DNA from: Candidatus Heimdallarchaeum endolithica
Lineage (GTDB): Archaea; Asgardarchaeota; Heimdallarchaeia; Heimdallarchaeales; Heimdallarchaeaceae
Assembly: GCA_021513715.1 (NCBI GenBank)
Contig: CP084167.1
Location: 2,784,001 to 2,848,000, forward strand
Length of the DNA: 64,000 bases
Reading direction: 5' to 3'
A model generated the notes under the pieces. It searched no databases, was not told the DNA's origin, and saw only the letters and a program-made list of their open reading frames with translations. Shown piece after piece: positions 50,820-61,702 of the stretch. Numbering within the stretch: position 1 is the stretch's first letter; every line of letters begins with the position of its first letter. Made by a program: the position numbers and the translations under genes.

Positions 50820-53159
50820 TCAAATAGGTATAACATCTAGTTGCATAGTGTGAATCAAGTTTTTAATCTCTTTTCCTGCAGGAGAAGATAAAGGAATGTT
50901 GTTTACGTGTTTAACATAGATTGGAGTTTTTCCTTTTGGTTTCACTTTATATCTGAAATCATGAATTGATGAAATTATATGCATTAACATATTTGAATCC
51001 TTAAATTCAGGAAGGGTTTCAATGTTATGAATATATTCAATTCTCTGTTTTCTTCTGTAAATTATTAAAGCAACAGGTTTCCCATTTTGAAAGATTATGT
51101 CACCATACTCTGAAACAGTTGGTCTAGTAATTGCATTTCGAGATTGAAATCTCTTAAGAAGTTCATTCCTATACAATATTACTATTGGATCGGTCCTAGG
51201 AATGTATATAGTTTCAAATTTTCTTTTTTCATTAAAACTAGTGTCTTCCTGCTGGTGAAAAGCATAGATTAGTTCTTCTATTTCAGGAGTTGTGAATTGT
51301 GTTTCTTTTATTTCTTCTATCCATCGTCCAGACCTTAGTCCTCTCGAAGCAATCAAGTCTTTGATATAAATCGTAACTTGAGTGTTTGATAAGCCTGTAA
51401 GATTTGCAAGTTGAGTTATGGTTAATGGTAAGTTTGTATTTAAGATTCTCCACAAAATTTCTATCCAAGCGTCTCTTATTGAAGCTACTTGAATAATATT
51501 TTTGTTCTTAAAATATGCTTCAGCATCCATCCATATAGGTTTATTATTTGTTGATAGTGTTTGAATTATTTCATTGGCTTTTTCAAGGTTTAATAGACTC
51601 GTTTGAATTAAAGGTTCTGTGAGATTAAGTTGATTTTTTATATTCTCTGTAGAGATACGTCTCTTCTGTTTAATTGTTCTTAATATTCGTTGTTCAACTA
51701 TACCCAATTGTGTTTTTCCTCTTATTTTTGAAAATAGACCAAAATCAGATGTCTTTATTATTCCTCTGTAGAAATATCCAAACTTTCCTATTGTTAATTC
51801 TTTGTCAATGATCAATTGGTTAATTAAATCTGTTTTACTTCTATCAGTCCGATTAAGTAAAGAAATTCTGGGGAGTGGTAATCCTAATTTTTTTACCTCT
51901 GTAAGTATTTCTTGCTTGTTTTTGAACTGCTTTTCTAAACTCTGAGATTGGAGATCAAAAAGAAGAGGGAATAAACTGCTTAAAGGATATTGTGAACTAT
52001 ATTCGTTTACTTGACTTTTAGAGATATTTAAAGAATGGATAAAGCCATAATTTGTTTTAATATAACCTCTTTCTAAGAGTATTTTTGCAAAATTACTTGA
52101 CTGCTCTTTTACTTTATCAGAATACAATTCAGGTAAGATAGCTTTTTTTCCTCTATTTTCTGCATATTCTCGAATTTGGATAAATAGTTCTTCTTGTAAT
52201 TCTTCATGAGAATCAGAAATTCTGACGTTTTTTACTATAAGTTCTGCTCCTATTAGTTGATAATCAAAGGATAGTACTGGAAAACCTGATAAGAAAATAG
52301 ACACTTTTCTAATCTCTTCTAGAGGACAGAAATCTGAAAACTTCCAATATTTAAGATAAGGGTCGCTTAAAGGAAGTATGGAATATTCTTTTTTTTGTGT
52401 TATACTTTTTGATTTTTTGAACTTCTTAAAAAATTCTAATTCTTCAGTAACAATGAACGATTCATAACTTGAATTTTCAATAAATTGTCCTTTAATTATT
52501 TTTTTAGTTTCAAGCAATTCTATTAAACTTGTTGCAACTTTTGCTCCTGGTATCTCTAAAATATTCATAATTTGAGGGACTGTAATAGGCCCAAAATATC
52601 TAATTGTTTCAAAGATGAGTTTTTGTATAGATGAACTTCTACTAAGGGAAGATTTTTCTAAATATGTTTGTACATCAAATATTTTCCACTGTTCACCATT
52701 GTAATGCATCAAAATATGAAAACTAGACCTTAATTCATTAAGTATTTCCATTACTTCCTCTCTTTTAAGGATAAAATTTCGTATAATTTGATCTCTTGTT
52801 GTCTCCTTTTCTGCTTGGATAAAAGATAGTACCTCTCTTGTTCTAGGATTTTTATAATTTATTTCCTTCTGTTTTTGAATTTTAAGAAACAGTGGCACAA
52901 ATTCTTCATTAATAAAAGTTAATTTGTCAGAAATAAAAGGAGCTTGAAGAAGAATATTTTTCTGTAGTAGAGAATCAAGTAAACTACTTGAATAAGATCT
53001 CATTCTAGCATGTAGTGATTCTGGTTCTTGAAAATAAAGCACACTCTTAGTGATTGCTATTGCATGACTATAATTAATGCCCTTATATTCTGTTATTAGA
53101 CTCTGTTTCTGAGCTAAATAACTTGCAAGTTCAAAGATATTTAAGCCTGTTATATCCAT
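50820..53159 (-). CDS. Multi-winged-helix protein resembling AlkZ/HTH_42 (Lhr-CTD-like) modules
   Basis: FGPITVPQI..., GQFIE/GRWIE, PLSDP and PRTDP motifs, repeated as in the Lhr C-terminus. Confidence 0.6.
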   Translation of the reverse strand: MDITGLNIFELASYLAQKQSLITEYKGINYSHAIAITKSVLYFQEPESLHARMRSYSSSLLDSLLQKNILLQAPFISDKLTFINEEFVPLFLKIQKQKEINYKNPRTREVLSFIQAEKETTRDQIIRNFILKREEVMEILNELRSSFHILMHYNGEQWKIFDVQTYLEKSSLSRSSSIQKLIFETIRYFGPITVPQIMNILEIPGAKVATSLIELLETKKIIKGQFIENSSYESFIVTEELEFFKKFKKSKSITQKKEYSILPLSDPYLKYWKFSDFCPLEEIRKVSIFLSGFPVLSFDYQLIGAELIVKNVRISDSHEELQEELFIQIREYAENRGKKAILPELYSDKVKEQSSNFAKILLERGYIKTNYGFIHSLNISKSQVNEYSSQYPLSSLFPLLFDLQSQSLEKQFKNKQEILTEVKKLGLPLPRISLLNRTDRSKTDLINQLIIDKELTIGKFGYFYRGIIKTSDFGLFSKIRGKTQLGIVEQRILRTIKQKRRISTENIKNQLNLTEPLIQTSLLNLEKANEIIQTLSTNNKPIWMDAEAYFKNKNIIQVASIRDAWIEILWRILNTNLPLTITQLANLTGLSNTQVTIYIKDLIASRGLRSGRWIEEIKETQFTTPEIEELIYAFHQQEDTSFNEKRKFETIYIPRTDPIVILYRNELLKRFQSRNAITRPTVSEYGDIIFQNGKPVALIIYRRKQRIEYIHNIETLPEFKDSNMLMHIISSIHDFRYKVKPKGKTPIYVKHVNNIPLSSPAGKEIKNLIHTMQLDVIPI

Positions 53160-56100
53160 TTAAATCACTAATGCAGTTAAATTGTAATCATTTACCCGTT
53201 CAATAACTAACCCTTCAGCATCCTTAAAGCCAAAAGCGTGTATTGTTTCAAGCGCGTTGATTATATAGTTATAATTCTTGATATCGTTTATCCAAGGGGC
53301 TAAAATAACATTTGATAGAATAAGTTTTTTCTTCTTTATTTTTTCACCAACTATCTGAGCTGCTATATTATTAGATAATAAAATAATAAAATTGTTGCTG
53401 CTCTTGTCAAATTGGCTGGGAAAGAAGTTTGATAAAACAAATTGCCCTTTATCTTTAGGAGGTAATATAAAAAGAGTTGACTTTGTATCAGATTGTAAAA
53501 TTGGTTGTTTTCGATATTCTTGTTCGAAATTTATTAATCGTTCATGGTTTGACTTTGTCATGTAATATAGTTGAAGATTATCTTCGATAAATCGACCAGA
53601 AATTATTTTCTCACTAGAAACGAGTCTGGTGAGTGCATCTTTTATTCTTGCTTTGGTTAGAACCCCTGGAATCTCAATTAAATTAATTACTTGCTCTTCA
53701 TTAATTAAGCCTAAAGATTCAACTACAGAGCAGATATACTCCGTAATAATCGTCATTCTTTCTTTCTTTTCCTCGTTAATTTCTAATGATAAATCCTTAT
53801 ATGAAATTGTTTGACCGCTTGAATCTATTGTTTTTGCAGAAATAAAACAATTTTCCATTAATGATGTTAAAATTGATCGAAGATTCTGTGCAGTAACCTG
53901 CATTTGTCCCATTAAGTCTGAGAGTGTTTGATAACCTTTCATAATTAGTTTATGTACTTGCTTATGTTTTTCTGTTATTTTCTTTCTTTTTCTCAAACCT
54001 GCTTTTTTGTATTTGATAAACTCTTCAGAGTAAAAAAACCCATTTAGCATGAAAATAGTATCTTCTTCCAACAATTTATTGAGCATGAAGCTGATTATTG
54101 AAGGACTACTATCTGGAAAACGAGATAATATTTCATTGAATGATATTTCTCCAAATTTTGTAACTAGTTTTACTAAAGAGTTATAATCTAGAGGAGTAGA
54201 AGGAGAAGATAGAGATAGTTTCTTAAGAAGGTATTTTTTGATAACTTCTTGACTAAATCTTCTGGTTGTAGTTTCTCCTCCTATTAGAATCCCTTTAACT
54301 AACTGATATCCTGCTTTTAAAAATACATCCTTTATCAGCTCATTTTGTTTGGATAGTATTGGTTTACCATTGATATCTTCGATTTGAACTGTAAGAACAC
54401 GATGGATACTACGAGTATAGTTAACTAGTTCTATTGCAATTTTTTGAAGAGCAATAAAGTCAAACATTATTTCGTTTCCTATTTTAAGATCATAAATCTG
54501 AAGATATCTTCCTTTAAAAAGTCTATATTCAACTGAACCAACTGGATTCCCGTTGAACAAAATAGGGTCAACCTTTCCTTCTCCATATGTATCTCTAAGA
54601 TGCAATCTTAATCCTAGTTTTGTGAAAGGATCATCACGAGGAATAAAGACTATTTCATCAATTGGAAATAGAGTTGAGTAAATTAGTTTCTTTTTAAGTT
54701 CAGGTAATAATGGACTTCTTTCATCAGAACTGTAAAACATAGTTTTTCTTTCGCTTAGAGGTTTTTCTACTATTTTTCTTTTTTCAAGAAGTTTCTTGAT
54801 TGTTTTCTCAACCTCTGAATACTTAAAAGCTGAAATTTGTGTCAAACGAAGCAAGTCTATTGGTCCAGTTGACCTAATGATTTGGTGTAATATAAACTCT
54901 AAACTTTCTTCATAGGAAGGGAGCTCATTCATTTTTAGATATCTTGATGAAATGTCATAAATATTCGCTTGAAAATAGGTGTTTTCATAACTGCTAGGTA
55001 TTAGTGGTTTCCTACATAAATACAGTGTTTTATCCAATATTGCAATACTCTCTCTTACAAGTCCTTCATCTAACCCTGTGTATTCAACGATATCTGATTT
55101 GCTTAATGGTCCAAATTTAGTGATTGTATCTAATATTAACTCTTCAACATGGGATAATTTGAACTCTTGGTGATAAGCAACATAATAATATTTAAACAAG
55201 CGACTAGTGACATATGCCACTCTGTTGTAGCTAAATCTTCCTTGAATGATTTTATTTTCTTGAGCTAATTGTTCAAAGTCTTCCTTGCTAAAATTGTTTA
55301 TTCTAATAACGAGAGAATTTATATCTTCAATATAACCAAAAAAATCAATTAAATCCAGAATTTTTTCTTTTGTATCAATTGTTGATAGTTGAACATTTCT
55401 AAAATTATGGATCAGAAAATAGTAGTGTAAAGCATTTAACTCTTCAGGTGTGAAAAATAAGGCATCTTCTCTAGTGCTTAAGTTTCTTAAAAGCTCTCTA
55501 TCTTCAACCCGGATGTATTGTTCTCCTAAAAAGTGCTCTGTTATTTTTCCGCTTAAAACAAGGTTCTGTTGCTCTAGTTCAGTTAAACTTCTTCTTATTT
55601 TTTCATTGCTTAATTGCAAATAATTAGCAATAAGTGAAATTGTTGAAGGACCATGATTTTTTAAGAATCTCAATATTACTTTCTTTAAGCATTCTTCGGG
55701 GTCTAACAAGGAAGCTTGTTTTAATAAGAATTTTGAAACAACTCGTTCACTTATATCATATTTATGTCTTAATTTTCCTCTATAATAATGAATGTTTACT
55801 CTCATTATTTGAAAAGAGCGTTCAAGTCTTCCTAAATTAATTTTTAGCTCTTCATCTTTTAAATTTAATTTTTCTTTTAATTCACTTTCAGATAGAGGTC
55901 CATCTGTCTCAAGTAAAGAAAGCAGTGCTTTATCTTTTTCAGTTAAATCGGCAGAAACCACATAAATATTCCAGAACAGGGGAAAATCAGAAATATGGAC
56001 TGTTCTATACATTCCTGCTCCTAGAGGAATAACAACCACATGTTTTTTTTCTATTAATTCAAATACCCATGAACGGACTTGCGATACATCTGAAATTGAT

Positions 56101-58883
56101 AAATGATAAATACTTGGATTCTCTTCAGTTAATGTGTTGATTGGTGCAAGGTTTTTAATTGCTCTTTCTAAATGATGGATCGAGGAAATAGGAAGGTTTC
56201 TATCTTTATAGCTTCGAGTATTAAATATCTGTTCAACAAGTTCTTTTTTAAATAATGTCTCTTTTATAGACTCTTTATCAAAAACCTTAGATAAGACTAA
56301 ACTATGTAATTCTCTTAATAAAGCTGTTCTATCTGAAATTTGAACAATATCTGCAGAACCCAGAAGAACTATTCCATGAGCAAAAGGGCTTGGAATATCA
56401 GAAAGAGGAGTAACAATAAAATTCATCTCTCCAGCTTCGATTTTTCTTAAAACTCTCAAAGCATTTGTTAAGTCCATATAATCCTTTAGTATTTCTCTAT
56501 ATGTTTCCTTAATTACACAGAAGTCTTCTTTTTCTTTGATTGTTGAGAGTATCCTTTTTGCATAAAGAGTTTGTCGAGAAACTGGTACAGATCTAGTCCC
56601 AGAATGTCTTAATATCATGAATGCTCTATTTGCCACATGTCTAAACCTTAATTGAAATAATTCAGAGTTTACAACTGCTTTTTTAACTAAATAAGTAAGA
56701 TTCTCTGAATTAACTAATTCAGTTATTTCATTTATATCAATCATTTTTCCTGCTGGAAGAGTAAGAAGAAAACCATTATCATTTACAGCTGAAGCTATGT
56801 CTGCAGTTATTTTTTTCCCTAATGCGAAAGCAAAAGCTTTAGAAAGAGCGTCATTCACTCTTCTACCAGCATAAGAATGAAATATAATGTTTAATCTACT
56901 TTTAGGGTCAACATATGATTCAATTAATATAGTGTCGTGTGTAGGAACAAGATTCAGAAAATCCAGTTGTTCTTTGATGTATTCAACTATAGTTTCTGCA
57001 ATAACTTCATCTACATTAAATGAGCGTAATATCCACTCTGTAGTATCTTTATCGTTATTTTTTATTTTATCCGCAAGAACTTTTATGAAACGTCCAATTT
57101 GTTGAGAAAGCTCAAATGAACGAGGAAGCTCTTCACCAACCCATGAAGGGACTGTAGGTCTCTTTCCAAAGGCATCAGCTACAATTACCCTCGATCCCAC
57201 TGTTCGCTTGAATTGATAAGTGTGGCTGCCTAAAATAAAAATATCTCCTGGGTTTAGTCTCTCCACAAACTTTTCTGATAAAACTCCTAAACGGGTTCTA
57301 TATGTTTCTAATTCAACAAAATAGTCTGCATTCTCAGGAATCGTCCCTAGATTTAAATAAAAAACTATTCTTGTATTTTTCTTCTTGCTAAATGCTTTTT
57401 CTTTTTCATCATACCAAATCTTTCTATAGACCTTCCTTTCTTCTAAATCAAAGTAATGCCCGCCTAAATACTTTATTACATCTAAATACTCTTGAAAACT
57501 CAAATTTCGGAAGTTGTAAGAGCATTTTATCATTTTGAAAGCTTCATCAATATTCCATCTTTTGATAATAGAGATACCAACAATGAACTGTGCTAGAACA
57601 TCTAAACAGTTTTCTGGAATCTGAACTTTGTCAATGTCATTTGCATAAGCTGACTTGTTAAGAACTGCACATTCAATTGCATCATCTCTGTCTGTTACGA
57701 TTAATCTTCCTTTTGCAACTCGATCTAAAGAATGCCCACTTCTTCCAACTCTTTGCAGATATTTGGCAACAGATTTTGGAGAACCTATCTGGGAAACTAA
57801 ATCGACACTACCTATATCTATTCCAAGCTCTAAAGAAGTAGAAGAAACTGCTGCTAATAGTTCGTTATTTTTTAACTTGTCTTCTACATCAAGTCTGCTT
57901 TCACGTGAAATACTAGAATGATGGACAGCTATTCTTGAACTATAGTCAGGCCCTAAATATTCTTTAAGTTTAAAAGCTACGTTCTCTGCACCTCTTCTTG
58001 TATTAGTAAAAATAATTGATGTTTCATGTTCTAAAATTAAATCAGAAAGAACAGCATACATACTCTGTTGGATTTCTACATATGGTGTGTGCAGAAGATC
58101 TTTTACTGGACTAATAGTTTTCAAGTCAAATTTACGAGAAGAAGGTAAATTTGCAATTGCACAATCACGTTCTTTTCCTTCTGGATCTACGCCAATTAGA
58201 AATCTTGCTATTTCTTCGATAGGTGCTTGAGTGGCACTTAAACCTATTCTTGTAAAATCATTTTTTGCTAATTCATTTGTTAGATACTCAACAAATAATG
58301 AAAGAAGTACTCCTCTCTTATTATTGGCAAGTTCGTGTATTTCATCAAGAATAAACCAACGAATATTTTTAAGGTGTTCAGAAAATTTAGGAGAAGTTAA
58401 GATTAAGCCTAAACTCTCTGGGGTTGTAATTAAAATATGAGGAGGCTTTTTTCTCATCTGATTTCTTGCAGATTGAGATGTATCTCCTGTTCGAACTTCC
58501 ACTCTTATTTTAGGAGTACTTATCCCCTTCGAAGCTGCTAAGTCTTGAATCCCTTGAAGTGGCTCTTCTAAATTCTTCTTTATATCATTACTTAAAGCTT
58601 TAAGAGGACTAATATATAAAACATAAATTTGTTCCTTCAATTCTCCTTGTTTAGCTAGTAGAAATAGTTCGTTAATAGAAGCTAAAAAAGCAGCAAAGGT
58701 TTTTCCAGAACCTGTAGAACTGAAAATTAAAGTGTTTTGCTTATCATGAATAGATGGAATGGCATAGAGTTGAGGGGGAGTGAATCCTAAAGGGAATCGG
58801 GTGGAAAACCATTCTTTTACAATTTCATCTAAAAAAGAAAAAATGTGTTCTGGAGAAGAAGGTTCAAGCAAATAAGTTATCAT
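53160..58883 (-). CDS. lhr: Lhr-family SF2 helicase with about 1000-aa multi-wHTH C-terminal extension
   Basis: STGSGKT, SPLKAL, TTPES, DEIH, SAT, LELGID, QRVGRSGH, FRHVA.R. Confidence 0.92.
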   Translation of the reverse strand: MITYLLEPSSPEHIFSFLDEIVKEWFSTRFPLGFTPPQLYAIPSIHDKQNTLIFSSTGSGKTFAAFLASINELFLLAKQGELKEQIYVLYISPLKALSNDIKKNLEEPLQGIQDLAASKGISTPKIRVEVRTGDTSQSARNQMRKKPPHILITTPESLGLILTSPKFSEHLKNIRWFILDEIHELANNKRGVLLSLFVEYLTNELAKNDFTRIGLSATQAPIEEIARFLIGVDPEGKERDCAIANLPSSRKFDLKTISPVKDLLHTPYVEIQQSMYAVLSDLILEHETSIIFTNTRRGAENVAFKLKEYLGPDYSSRIAVHHSSISRESRLDVEDKLKNNELLAAVSSTSLELGIDIGSVDLVSQIGSPKSVAKYLQRVGRSGHSLDRVAKGRLIVTDRDDAIECAVLNKSAYANDIDKVQIPENCLDVLAQFIVGISIIKRWNIDEAFKMIKCSYNFRNLSFQEYLDVIKYLGGHYFDLEERKVYRKIWYDEKEKAFSKKKNTRIVFYLNLGTIPENADYFVELETYRTRLGVLSEKFVERLNPGDIFILGSHTYQFKRTVGSRVIVADAFGKRPTVPSWVGEELPRSFELSQQIGRFIKVLADKIKNNDKDTTEWILRSFNVDEVIAETIVEYIKEQLDFLNLVPTHDTILIESYVDPKSRLNIIFHSYAGRRVNDALSKAFAFALGKKITADIASAVNDNGFLLTLPAGKMIDINEITELVNSENLTYLVKKAVVNSELFQLRFRHVANRAFMILRHSGTRSVPVSRQTLYAKRILSTIKEKEDFCVIKETYREILKDYMDLTNALRVLRKIEAGEMNFIVTPLSDIPSPFAHGIVLLGSADIVQISDRTALLRELHSLVLSKVFDKESIKETLFKKELVEQIFNTRSYKDRNLPISSIHHLERAIKNLAPINTLTEENPSIYHLSISDVSQVRSWVFELIEKKHVVVIPLGAGMYRTVHISDFPLFWNIYVVSADLTEKDKALLSLLETDGPLSESELKEKLNLKDEELKINLGRLERSFQIMRVNIHYYRGKLRHKYDISERVVSKFLLKQASLLDPEECLKKVILRFLKNHGPSTISLIANYLQLSNEKIRRSLTELEQQNLVLSGKITEHFLGEQYIRVEDRELLRNLSTREDALFFTPEELNALHYYFLIHNFRNVQLSTIDTKEKILDLIDFFGYIEDINSLVIRINNFSKEDFEQLAQENKIIQGRFSYNRVAYVTSRLFKYYYVAYHQEFKLSHVEELILDTITKFGPLSKSDIVEYTGLDEGLVRESIAILDKTLYLCRKPLIPSSYENTYFQANIYDISSRYLKMNELPSYEESLEFILHQIIRSTGPIDLLRLTQISAFKYSEVEKTIKKLLEKRKIVEKPLSERKTMFYSSDERSPLLPELKKKLIYSTLFPIDEIVFIPRDDPFTKLGLRLHLRDTYGEGKVDPILFNGNPVGSVEYRLFKGRYLQIYDLKIGNEIMFDFIALQKIAIELVNYTRSIHRVLTVQIEDINGKPILSKQNELIKDVFLKAGYQLVKGILIGGETTTRRFSQEVIKKYLLKKLSLSSPSTPLDYNSLVKLVTKFGEISFNEILSRFPDSSPSIISFMLNKLLEEDTIFMLNGFFYSEEFIKYKKAGLRKRKKITEKHKQVHKLIMKGYQTLSDLMGQMQVTAQNLRSILTSLMENCFISAKTIDSSGQTISYKDLSLEINEEKKERMTIITEYICSVVESLGLINEEQVINLIEIPGVLTKARIKDALTRLVSSEKIISGRFIEDNLQLYYMTKSNHERLINFEQEYRKQPILQSDTKSTLFILPPKDKGQFVLSNFFPSQFDKSSNNFIILLSNNIAAQIVGEKIKKKKLILSNVILAPWINDIKNYNYIINALETIHAFGFKDAEGLVIERVNDYNLTALVI

Positions 58884-58944
58884 TATCTTAATTTCAACTA
58901 AAGAAAATAATATAAAAACATCTTTCTATCTGTGAAGTTGAGAT

Positions 58945-60222
58945 TTAGATGTATTTCTTTTTTAAAGCGAATTTGTATTTCATTAAATATCCACCTGTGT
59001 TCTTTATGTCAATGGGATCAATGAACGCAGTCGAACTTTTGTGTGCAAAAGAATCATCAATTATTCTTTTATCTAAATAATCTCTGTAACCTATTTTACC
59101 ATTTTTTTGTAACTCTCTTATTTCAGGTGGAAATGCTTGTGGTTCATGATATGATTTTGACTTAATATGGTTAAACAACAATTCATTTTCTAAAGTATCA
59201 ATAGAATGTGTTATTAACGAAATAGAAGCATTTGGGACTAAACATTTATACAATAAATCAGTTACTTTTTTTTGTTTTGAGACCATTTTCCTTAAGGTAG
59301 GGAAATTGAGGTTGGATGAAAAAGTAGGTAAAACTGCTGTTCTTGAATTTTGTAATTCAAGATAAACAGAGGTATACTTAATTGTATGAACATCTTGAAT
59401 AAAACTTAGAAATGGGGCACTAATAACTCTTATAGCTTTTGTTTTTACTCTTCTTATTTGCCGCTGAATTGCTCGAAGGTGGTTTCTATTTTGAGCTACT
59501 ACTGTGATTGGAATCTTGTGATTAGTCCTCTCTGCAATATATAGAGCTGTATCTCCCTTGTCTACAGATAAAACCAAAATATTATCATTGTTTTCGAAAT
59601 ACATAGATTTTACTCCAAAAATTTGAGTTGGAGTAAGAATATTGTAAAAACCCTTTCTATAATAACTTAATTCTGTAATGGGTGGTTCAAAACCCCAAGA
59701 TTTAATCACTTTTGCAACAATGTTTAATTTTAAAGAGGGAATTTCCTTACTACTTACTTCAGATTTTCCAATAGCGATTAAATTGTTTGCAGCGTCTCTA
59801 ATTTCAACATTTTCGCCTTTTTCAAGAAATTCGTATCCTGTTACTCCATAAGAAAAAACTTCACGCCCCATAGCTATGCTTTGTGCAGACTCTCTATCAA
59901 CCTTTATAACAGGGTACTTCTTATTATAGTCGCTAAGATCAAATTGATTAACTTTTACTTCTAAAATGTCATCAAAGAGGGGATTTTTGATAACTTCAAA
60001 TTCTAATTCTTCAAAAATATCAAATAAGGAATCAATATCTATTTTACTTGTATTAACTTGAACCCAGAGCGAAGAATAAGGAGATTTAGAAAATTGCAGA
60101 AATTCTTCAGTTTTTTCTTTACCAAAATCTTCAATCCAATGTTTGATTAAACTTGTTTTGTAATGATATTTTTTAGAAATTAGACTAATCTCTTTTTCCA
60201 GTTCAGTTTTTTCTTCGCTCAT
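58945..60222 (-). CDS. PUA-domain RsmB/NSUN6-like protein with degenerate methyltransferase motifs
   Basis: Architecture W.QVNT.K / PUA (AQSIAMG.EV...GV) / Rossmann / ENE; no SAM-binding motif or catalytic Cys recognisable. Confidence 0.6.
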   Translation of the reverse strand: MSEEKTELEKEISLISKKYHYKTSLIKHWIEDFGKEKTEEFLQFSKSPYSSLWVQVNTSKIDIDSLFDIFEELEFEVIKNPLFDDILEVKVNQFDLSDYNKKYPVIKVDRESAQSIAMGREVFSYGVTGYEFLEKGENVEIRDAANNLIAIGKSEVSSKEIPSLKLNIVAKVIKSWGFEPPITELSYYRKGFYNILTPTQIFGVKSMYFENNDNILVLSVDKGDTALYIAERTNHKIPITVVAQNRNHLRAIQRQIRRVKTKAIRVISAPFLSFIQDVHTIKYTSVYLELQNSRTAVLPTFSSNLNFPTLRKMVSKQKKVTDLLYKCLVPNASISLITHSIDTLENELLFNHIKSKSYHEPQAFPPEIRELQKNGKIGYRDYLDKRIIDDSFAHKSSTAFIDPIDIKNTGGYLMKYKFALKKKYI

Positions 60223-60495
60223 TTTGCTATTTTGGACATCTATTAGGTCTCTTTTTAATCATTTTTACTTTAGAGAAAATTAAGTATGACTGTTTTATTA
60301 TGGTTTAAGTTTGTATTATTTTCTCCTTTCCTTTACAACAAAATTTTAAAACTACAAATGAGAAAATAAATTAATAATAGTTGGAAATGTTAATAGCTTG
60401 AAATATAAAATAGAAATAGATATGATAAAAAACTGTGATAAGCAAAAAAATTATAAAAGGAAAAAATTACCACAAAATAGCGGAAAGGAAAAAGT

Positions 60496-61062
60496 ATGAG
60501 CATGATTGGTTCTTTCTCAACATGGTTGCGTTCTAGATTAAAAAAAGAGCATAAGGCTAAAATTTTAATTTTAGGTCTAGATGCAGCTGGTAAAACTACT
60601 TTAACAAGGTATATGCGTTTTGGTAAATTCAATGAAAATATGGCACCCACGATAGGCCAAAATATTGAGTCTTTTGAATTTGAAGGATGGACACTTACAA
60701 CTATTGATGTAGCAGGTCAAGCTCATTTTAGGTTTTTATGGGAAGCTCATTATCCTGGTACAGAAGCAGTAATTTTTGTAATTGATTCAGCAGATATTGA
60801 AAGATTACCAGAAGCTCGTGATGTTTTAAAGACTCATGTTATGAACAATCCATATATGGAATCTGTCCCCATTTTGATTTTAGCGAATAAACAAGATCTC
60901 CCTGGGGCAGTAGAAGCACCTTTACTCATACAAATGTTGGGATTACATTTAGATTTGAAAGATCGAACATTTGCAGTTTTTGATTGTAGTGTATTACACG
61001 GTAAAGGTGTAAAAGAAGCTTTCATTTGGCTTATAAATGAACTGGAGTCTAAAAAGTATTAA
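60496..61062 (+). CDS. Arf/Arl-like small GTPase
   Basis: N-terminal amphipathic helix, GLDAAGKT, PTIG, DVAGQ..R.LW, VIDSAD, ANKQD. Confidence 0.92.
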   Translation: MSMIGSFSTWLRSRLKKEHKAKILILGLDAAGKTTLTRYMRFGKFNENMAPTIGQNIESFEFEGWTLTTIDVAGQAHFRFLWEAHYPGTEAVIFVIDSADIERLPEARDVLKTHVMNNPYMESVPILILANKQDLPGAVEAPLLIQMLGLHLDLKDRTFAVFDCSVLHGKGVKEAFIWLINELESKKY

Positions 61063-61129
61063 CTTACTTTTTCAACAATTTTACTTTTTTTAAATTCTTA
61101 TAAAATAAGAGAGGGTATTATATGTACCT

Positions 61130-61615
61130 TTAATTTGCTGTCTGTTTCTTCCATTCCATTATTAAAGCCGCTTCTCCATCACGATAATAGTTCTCTATTT
61201 GCCTTTTAAAATTGTAATTTAGTTTCTTGTATAGTTCAATGGCTGGATAATTTGATTTTCTGACTTCTAAATATATAGTGTTAATTCCTTTATTTATCAT
61301 CCTTTCCATTACAAATTTCATTAGTTTATATCCTACATTTTTTCTTCTAAATTCAGGCAAAACAGCGATAGAGATAATATGCCCTTTGAAATTTGGTATT
61401 CCAATAAGTGAAACAAAGGTTTTTTCTATTCTGGAAAGAACATAACCTATAATTTCCTCTTCTTCAATGGCTACGGCACAATCTTCCCCATAATTAGATA
61501 AAATATGATAAAAGAAATCAAACGAATAGTTTTCAGGTAAACAGAGTTTATTTATTTCCATTATTTGTTTAATGTCGGATATTTCTGCTTGCCTTATTAG
61601 AAGTGTTGATGACAT
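61130..61615 (-). CDS. Ard1/RimI-type N-terminal acetyltransferase
   Basis: NKLCLPENY, GHIISIAV.P.FRR, LEVRKSN..A..LY, YYRDGEAA. Confidence 0.9.
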   Translation of the reverse strand: MSSTLLIRQAEISDIKQIMEINKLCLPENYSFDFFYHILSNYGEDCAVAIEEEEIIGYVLSRIEKTFVSLIGIPNFKGHIISIAVLPEFRRKNVGYKLMKFVMERMINKGINTIYLEVRKSNYPAIELYKKLNYNFKRQIENYYRDGEAALIMEWKKQTAN

Positions 61616-61702
61616 TAAATTGATTTCTATCAATAGATATAAAAATTTTCCACTAAAACTAGTATAAATAATTATTTGCTCTGGGTTTCAAGTAGTATTT
61701 TC

